Of a stretch of 64,000 nucleotides of DNA, positions 57,109 through 64,000 are shown one piece after another. The DNA comes from Eledone cirrhosa (Eukaryota), in contig OZ024743.1 of the NCBI GenBank assembly GCA_964016885.1, forward strand, positions 126,976,001 to 127,040,000, given 5' to 3'. The position numbers and the translations under genes were made by a program. The notes below the pieces were generated by a model that searched no databases, was not told the DNA's origin, and saw only the letters and a list, made by a program, of their open reading frames with translations. The first letter of the stretch is position 1. Each line of letters opens with the position of its first letter.

Positions 57109-60100
57109 ACATTATCAACACTGGCTGTGGTATAATACATTATCAACACTGGCTGTGGTATAATGCATTATCAACACTGGCTGTGGTATAATGCATTATC
57201 AACACTGGCTGTGGTATAATGCATTATCAACACTGGCTGTGGTATAATGCATTATCAATGATGGCTGTGGGATAATACATTATCAACACTGGCTGTGGGA
57301 TAATGCATTATCAACACTGGTTGTGGTATAATACATTATCAACACTGGCTGTGGTATAATACATTATCAACACTGGCTGTGGTATAATACATTATCAACA
57401 CTGGCTGTGGTATAATATATTATCAACACTGGCTGTGGTATAATATATTATCAACACTGGCTGTGGTATAATACATTATCAACACTGGCTGTGGTATAAT
57501 ACATTATCAACACTGGCTGTGGTATAATGCATTATCAACACTGGCTGTGGTATAATACATTATCAACACTGGCTGTGGTATAATGCATTATCAACAGTGG
57601 CTGTGGTATAATGCATTATCAACAGTGGCTGTGGTATAATGCATTATCAACAGTGGCTGTGGTATAATGCATTATCAACAGTGGCTGTCGTATAATGCAT
57701 TATCAACAGTGGCTGTGGTATAATGCATTATCAACATTAGCTGTGGTATAATGCATTATCAACAGTAGCTGTCGTATAATACATTATCAACACTGGCTGT
57801 GTTATAATGCATTATCAACACTGGCTGTGGTATAATACATTATCAATACTGGCTGTGGTATAATGCATTATCAACACTGGCTGTGGTATAATGCATTATC
57901 AACAGTGGCTGTGGTATAATACATTATCAACACTAGCTGTGGTATAAGACATTATCAATGCTGGCTGTGGTATAATGCATTATCAACACTGGCTGTGGTA
58001 TAATGCATTATCAACACTGGCTGTGGTATAATACATTATCAACACTGGCTGTGGGATAATGCATTATCAACACTGAATGTGGTATAATGCATTATCAACA
58101 CTGGCTGTGGTATAATGCATTATCAACAGTGGCTGTCGTATAATGCATTATCAACAGTGGCTGTCGTATAATGCATTATCAACATTAGCTGTGGTATAAT
58201 GCATTATTAACACTAGCTGTGGTATAATGCATTATCAACACTGGCTGTGGTATAATGCATTATCAACACTGGCTATGGTATAATGCATTATTAACACTGG
58301 CTGTGGTATAATACATTATCAACACTGGCTGTGGTATAATACATTATCAACACTGGCTGTGGTATAATACATTATCAACACTGGCTGTGGTATAATACAT
58401 TATCAACACTGGCTGTGGTATAATACATTATCAACACTGGCTGTGGTATAATGCATTATCAACACTAGCTGTGGTATAATTCATTATCAATGATGGCTGT
58501 GGTATAATACATTATCAACACTGGCTGTGGGATGATACATTATCAACACTGGCTGTGGGATAATGCATTATCAACACAAGCTGTGGTATAATGCATTATC
58601 AACACTGGTTGTGGTATAATGCATTATCAACACTGGTTGTGGTATAATACATTATCAACGCTGGCTGTGGTATAATACATTATCAACGCTGGCTGTGGTA
58701 TAATGCATTATCAACACTGGCTGTGGTATAATGCATTATCAACACTGGCTGTGGTATAATATATTATCAACACTGGCTGTGGTATAATACATTATCAACA
58801 CTGGCTGTGGTATAATACATTATCAACACTGGCTGTGGTATAATGCATTATCAACACTGGATGTGGTATAATGCATTATCAACACTGGCTGTGGTATAAT
58901 GCATTATCAACAGTGGCTGTGGTATAATGCATTATCAACAGTGGCTGTGGTATAATGCATTATCAACAGTGGCTGTCGTATAATGCATTATCAACAGTGG
59001 CTGTGGTATAATGCATTATCAACATTAGCTGTGGTATAATGCATTATCAACAGTAGCTGTCGTATAATACATTATCAACACTGGCTGTGGTATAATACAT
59101 TATCAACATTGGCTGTGGTATAATGCATTATCAACAGTGACTGTCGTATAATGCATTATCAACATTAGCTGTGGTATAATGCATTATCAACACTGGCTGT
59201 GGTATAATACATTATCAACACTGGCTGTGGTATAATGCATTATCAACACTGGCTGTGGTATAATACATCATTAACACTGGCTGTGGTATAATACATTATC
59301 AACACTGGCTGTGGTATAATACATTATCAACACTGGCTGTGGTATAATACATTATCAACACTGGCTGTGGTATAATACATTATCAACACTGGCTGTGGTA
59401 TAATACATTATCAACACTGGCTGTGGTATAATGCATTCTCAACAGTGGCTGTGGTATAATGCATTATCAACACTGGCTATGGTATAATGCATTATCAACA
59501 CTGGCTGTGGTATAATACATTATCAACACTGGCTGTGGTATAATACATTATCAACACTGGCTGTGGTATAATACATTATCAACACTGGCTGTGGTATAAT
59601 ACATTATCAACACTGGCTGTGGTATAATACATTATCAACACTGGCTGTGGTATAATGCATTATCAATACTGGCTGTGGTATAATGCATTATCAACAGTGG
59701 CTGTGGTATAATACATTATCAACACTAGCTGTGGTATAAGGCATTATCAATGCTGGCTGTGGTATAATGCATTATCAACACTGGCTGTGGTATAATACAT
59801 TATCAACACTGGCTGTGGGATAATGCATTATCAACACAAGCTATGGTATAATGCATTATCAACACTGGTTGTGGTATAATGCATTATCAACACTGGTTGT
59901 GGTATAATGCATTATCAACACTGGTTGTGGTATAATACATTATCAACGCTGGCTGTGGTATAATACATTATCAACGCTGGCTGTGGTATAATGCATTATC
60001 AACACTGGCTGTGGTATAATGCATTATCAACACTGGCTGTGGTATAATACATTATCAACACTGGCTGTGGTATAATATATTATCAACACTGGCTGTGGTA

Positions 60101-62489
60101 TAATACATTATCAACACTGGCTGTGGTATAATGCATTATCAACACTGGATGTGGTATAATGCATTATCAACACTGGCTGTGGTATAATGCATTATCAACA
60201 GTGGCTGTGGTATAATGCATTATCAACAGTGGCTGTGGTATAATGCATTATCAACAGTGGCTGTGGTATAATGCATTATCAACAGTGGCTGTCGTATAAC
60301 GCATTATCAACAGTGGCTGTGGTATAATGCATTATCAACATTAGCTGTGGTATAATGCATTATCAACAGTAGCTGTCGTATAATACATTATCAACACTGG
60401 CTGTGGTATAATACATTATCAACATTGGCTGTGGTATAATGCATTATCAACAGTGACTGTCGTATAATGCATTATCAACATTAGCTGTGGTATAATGCAT
60501 TATTAACACTAGCTGTGGTATAATGCATTATCAACACTGGCTGTGGTATAATACATTATCAACACTGGCTGTGGTATAATGCATTATCAACACTGGCTGT
60601 GGTATAATACATCATTAACACTGGCTGTGGCATAATACATTATCAACACTGGCTGTGGTATAATACATTATCAACACTGGCTGTGGTATAATACATTATC
60701 AACACTGGCTGTGGTATAATACATTATCAACACTGGCTGTGGTATAATGCATTCTCAACAGTAGCTGTGGTATAATGCATTATCAACACTGGCTATGGTA
60801 TAATGCATTATCAACACTGGCTGTGGTATAATACATTATCAACACTGGCTGTGGTATAATACATTATCAACACTGGCTGTGGTATAATACATTATCAACA
60901 CTGGCTGTGGTATAATACATTATCAACACTGGCTGTGGTATAATGCATTATCAATACTGGCTGTGGTATAATGCATTATCAACAGTGGCTGTGGTATAAT
61001 ACATTATCAACACTAGCTGTGGTATAAGGCATTATCAATGCTGGCTGTGGTATAATGCATTATCAACACTGGCTGTGGTATAATGCATTATCAACACTGG
61101 CTGTGGTATAATACATTATCAACACTGGCTGTGGGATAATGCATTATCAACACAAGCTATGGTATAATGCATTATCAACACTGGTTGTGGTATAATGCAT
61201 TATCAACACTGGTTGTGGTATAATACATTATCAACGCTGGCTGTGGTATAATGCATTATCAACACTGGCTGTGGTATAATACATTATCAACACTGGCTGT
61301 GGTATAATACATTATCAACACTGGCTGTGGTATAATACATTATCAACACTGGCTGTGGTATAATACATTATCAACACTGGCTGTGGTATAATGCATTATC
61401 AACACTGGATGTGGTATAATGCATTATCAACACTGGCTGTGGTATAATACATTATCAACACTGGCTGTGGTATAATGCATTATCAGCAGTGGCTGTGGTA
61501 TAATGCATTATCAACACTGGCTGTCGTATAATGCATTATCAACAGTGGCTGTGGTATAATGCATTATCAACATTAGCTGTGGTATAACGCATTATCAACA
61601 GTAGCTGTCGTATAATGCATTATCAACAGTGGCTGTCGTATAATGCATTATCAACATTAGCTGTGGTATAATGCATTATTAACACTAGCTGTGGTATAAT
61701 GCATTATCAACACTGGCTGTGGTATAATGCATTATCAACAGTGGCTGTGGTATAATACATTATCAACACTGGCTGTGGTATACTATATTATCAACACTGG
61801 CTGTGGTATAATACATTATCAACACTGGCTGTGGTATAATACATTATCAACACTGGCTGTGGTATAATGCATTCTCAACAGTGGCTGTGGTATAATGCAT
61901 TATCAACACTGGCTATGGTATAATGCATTATCAACACTGGCTGTGGTATAATACATTATCAACACTGGCTGTGGTATAATACATTATCAACACTGGCTGT
62001 GGTATAATACATTATCAACACTGGCTGTGGTATAATACATTATCAACACTGGCTGTGGTATAATACATTATCAACACAGGCTGTGGTATAATACATTATC
62101 AACACTGGCTGTGGTATAATGCATTATCAACACTGGCTGTGGTATAATGCATTATCAACAGTGGCTGTGGTATAATACATTATCAACACTGGCTGTGGTA
62201 TACTATATTATCAACAGTGGCTGTGGTATAATGCATTATCAACACTGGCTATGGTATAATACATTATCAACACTGGCTGTGGTATAATACATTATCAACA
62301 CTGGCTGTGGTATAATGCATTATCAACACTGGCTGTGGTATAATGCATTATCAACACTGGCTGTGGTATAATGCATTATCAACAGTGGCTGTGGTATAAT
62401 GCATTATCAACACTGGCTGTGGTATACTATATTATCAACAATAGGTGCGACAGAACTCATTAGCATACTCTAGTGAAGGCACTAGACTA

Positions 62490-62560
62490 AGTGGCACATA
62501 ATGTCCTTGAGCAAGACATCATTCCACATTGCATCAATGCACTAAGCTGAAAATGCATAA
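62490..62560 (+). mobile_element. Degraded CORE-like SINE fragment
   Basis: TGTCCTTGAGCAAGACATCATTCCACATTGC resembles the CORE-SINE motif TGTG[T/A]CCTTG[G/A]GCAAG.CACT, recognised from memory. Confidence 0.45.
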
Positions 62561-62659
62561 CAGCACATCTGAGGTTTACCTTACAACAGACTGGTGTCTT
62601 GTCTTCTAGTTTAAGTATCATCACCTGTTCCTCTGGTATATTTACCAGAAACCATTTGT

Positions 62660-62912
62660 AATATTAGTGCCATACCAAAACGCATCCAGTCCACCTAGTA
62701 AGATGGTAGTGCAAGTGTTACAACAGAAGCACCCCGTCGACCCAGTAAGGTGGCTGGCATTATGAATGGCATCGAATGATAGAAAACCAAAACAAAAAAA
62801 AAAGGAGTGTATGAGCAAGACACGGTCACCTGACCTGTCTAGCCTCATAACGCTACAGCTCGTCAATTTAAACAAGCATGGCAAATTGATCTTAAGCAAT
62901 GATGATGATGAT
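62660..62912 (+). mobile_element. SINE with RTE-type 3' end and (GAT)n tail
   Basis: Shares GTAAGGTGG[C/T]TGG with the modules at 2068-2362 and the body of 2655-2775. Ends in AGCATGG...TTAAGCAATGATGATGATGATG. Confidence 0.65.
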
Positions 62913-63059
62913 GACAGCTGGTTTCTGGTTTGAAGACACTTTCCTTCTTACCAACACTCTTGGAGATACTGCCCTTCCACATTTCCTTCTTTACATTATG
63001 AACTACATCCTATCTCCTACAACATACATAGTTACAATCCATTGTCGACCCAATTTCTA

Positions 63060-63137
63060 TCACAAGGTTTGTGTCGACTCAAGGCTTTAGTAAAGACACT
63101 TGCCCAAGATGCCACGCAATGGGATCAAACCCAGTGA
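63060..63137 (-). mobile_element. tRNA-derived CORE-like SINE fragment
   Basis: Reverse complement GGGTTTGATCCCATTGCGTGGCATCTTGGGCAAGTGTCTTTACTAAAGCCTTGAGTCGAC: a degenerate Pol III B-box followed by CORE-like CTTGGGCAAGT. Confidence 0.6.
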
Positions 63138-63317
63138 TACCTACATCCACACATTTCATAATATAGTTCTAAATACAGTACAGCTGAAAATAAGGGATAA
63201 TTATATCTGGAACATCTTTCAATCAGTAGTAACTGAAAACTAAACAATAACCACAGCTCTATAGTAAACCAAAGTATCTAAGAGGGAATTATTTTGGTCA
63301 CTTCAATAACCCCTCAC

Positions 63318-63464
63318 CTTTGACTTGTGTCATAACGTCATCAAAGTATTTTTTCAGTTCTTCAACTTCAAATACAAACAAGGATAAACCAAATTTTTTT
63401 TCTTCTGAAAACGACTCTGGGGGATAGATTCCACGTTGGTATAAAATATTGTTAACACCATAAT
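63318..63464 (-). CDS. MAD2L1: MAD2 internal coding exon, 147 bp, equivalent to vertebrate MAD2L1 exon 2
   Basis: Minus strand: TTTTATCTTTTTTTAG|ATTATGGT...CAAGTCAAAG|GTGAGG. Translation xYGVNNILYQRGIYPPESFSEEKKFGLSLFVFEVEELKKYFDDVMTQVK(E) contains the MAD2 signature ILYQRGIYP. It is a phase 1-1 exon of 49 codons with no stops. Confidence 0.96.
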
Positions 63465-63790
63465 CTAAAAAAAGATAAAATACAAAATGGAATCAATAAA
63501 ATTTGAAACTTTATGAAGCACATGTGAGATTAAAATTTCAAAAGTAAGCTTTTTGCTACCAAGCCAAAAAAGATATAAAAACACAACACAAGAGTTGTCA
63601 CTATAAAATACCTGTGAATAAAACAGATTACCCCCTTTCAGCAGAAAAAAGTGGATGATCACGTGTGATGATTATTCACTTTTTTTTTTACTTTAACCCT
63701 TTAGCATTTACTTTATTCTATATTTACTATTGTATTTTCACATTTACCTCACATAATATTGAATCTGAGATTTTGGTATTATTTATTTTG

Positions 63791-63925
63791 ATTGGCAGTA
63801 TCGGTAGAGGGTCGGACGCCATGCTTTCCAGCATAGTTACGTCCCTTTACAATCTGAGTTCAAATCCCGCCGAGGTTGACTTTGCCTTTCATCCTTACAG
63901 GGTCGATAAAATAAAGTACCAGTAA
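63791..63925 (+). mobile_element. tRNA-derived SINE
   Basis: A-box-like TGGCAGTATCGG (63793-63804) and B-box GAGTTCAAATCCC (63856-63868), followed by a SINE central domain GTTGACTTTGCCTTTCATCCTT..GGGTCGATAAAATAAAGTACCAG recalled from cephalopod and other metazoan SINEs. Confidence 0.75.
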
Positions 63926-64000
63926 TGCCTTGTGCCTAAAGTAGAAACAATTATTTATTTTGAGAATAATACCTTAACATCAGTATGAGTGGCCAGTTAC

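Larger units (their letters stand above)
3007..62467. repeat. 28-bp tandem satellite/minisatellite array, ~59.4 kb, ~2,120 monomers
   Basis: Consensus ACTGGCTGTGGTATAAT[G/A]CATTATCAAC, head-to-tail with no spacers. Most monomers are within 0-2 substitutions of consensus. Degenerate in-register monomers occur at 3007-3118 and 62440-62467. Confidence 0.99.
2964..63317 (-). other. MAD2L1: 60,354-bp GT-AG intron of MAD2 containing the satellite array
   Basis: Donor AAG|GTGAGG at 63317 and acceptor TTTTCTAG| at 2964. The spliced junction ...MTQVK-E-WLSN... is in frame and collinear with MAD2 (human EQLK-D-WL, recalled). Confidence 0.9.

Noticed and set aside
3119-62440. Bacterial sigma70 -10 boxes (TATAAT in almost every monomer)
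   Set aside because: The locus is eukaryotic and the hexamer is simply part of the repeat unit.
3119-62440. loxP-like or other recombinase sites (TCGTATAATG in some variants)
   Set aside because: Only a ~10-bp match. The 13-bp inverted arms of loxP are absent and no recombinase is encoded. Template switching explains the inversions better, because they are mirror duplications rather than simple flips.
3119-62440. Repetitive protein-coding sequence
   Set aside because: The period of 28 is not a multiple of 3, so TAA/TGA stops cycle through all frames on both strands. The ORF track shows nothing here.
3007-62467. CRISPR array (28-bp partly palindromic repeat)
   Set aside because: Monomers are directly head-to-tail with no unique spacers, there are no cas genes, and the context is a spliceosomal intron.
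3007-62467. Centromere or telomere call
   Set aside because: There is no TTAGGG-type repeat, and a ~59-kb intragenic array cannot be called centromeric from sequence alone. CENP-A data would be needed.
63690-63712. Possible DNA-transposon/MITE terminus TTAACCCTTTAGCATT
   Set aside because: No matching inverted partner or target-site duplication is visible in the window, and the match is too short to support.
63793-63870. tRNA gene
   Set aside because: A- and B-box-like motifs are present, but I see no cloverleaf and the sequence continues into a SINE body.
62642-63925. Four short ORFs in the right flank
   Set aside because: They overlap SINE fragments, a (GAT)n tail (MMMMM) or AT-rich intron sequence. 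The real coding exon (63318-63464) is not among them.

Overview
Eukaryotic (animal) genomic DNA. The flanking SINE and RTE-LINE fragments resemble repeat families I recall from octopus/coleoid cephalopods; this is recall, not a database result. Two coding exons of the spindle-checkpoint gene MAD2 (MAD2L1) lie on the minus strand at 63318-63464 and 2840-2963. They join in frame with canonical GT/AG sites, and the supplied ORF track misses both. The 60,354-bp intron between them is about 98% filled by one 28-bp tandem satellite (consensus ACTGGCTGTGGTATAAT[G/A]CATTATCAAC, ~3007-62467, ~2,120 copies). The array has degenerate edges, nested higher-order duplications (588, 1153, ~1300, 1344 and 5656 bp, and ~4.7-10.5 kb) and four copies of a ~460-bp fold-back palindrome whose junctions fall on the monomer's internal 12-bp palindrome. 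One higher-order copy appears to have deleted that palindrome. The remaining flanks are decayed RTE-clade LINE pieces, SINE fragments and microsatellites. No CRISPR array, RNA gene or prokaryotic gene is supported.
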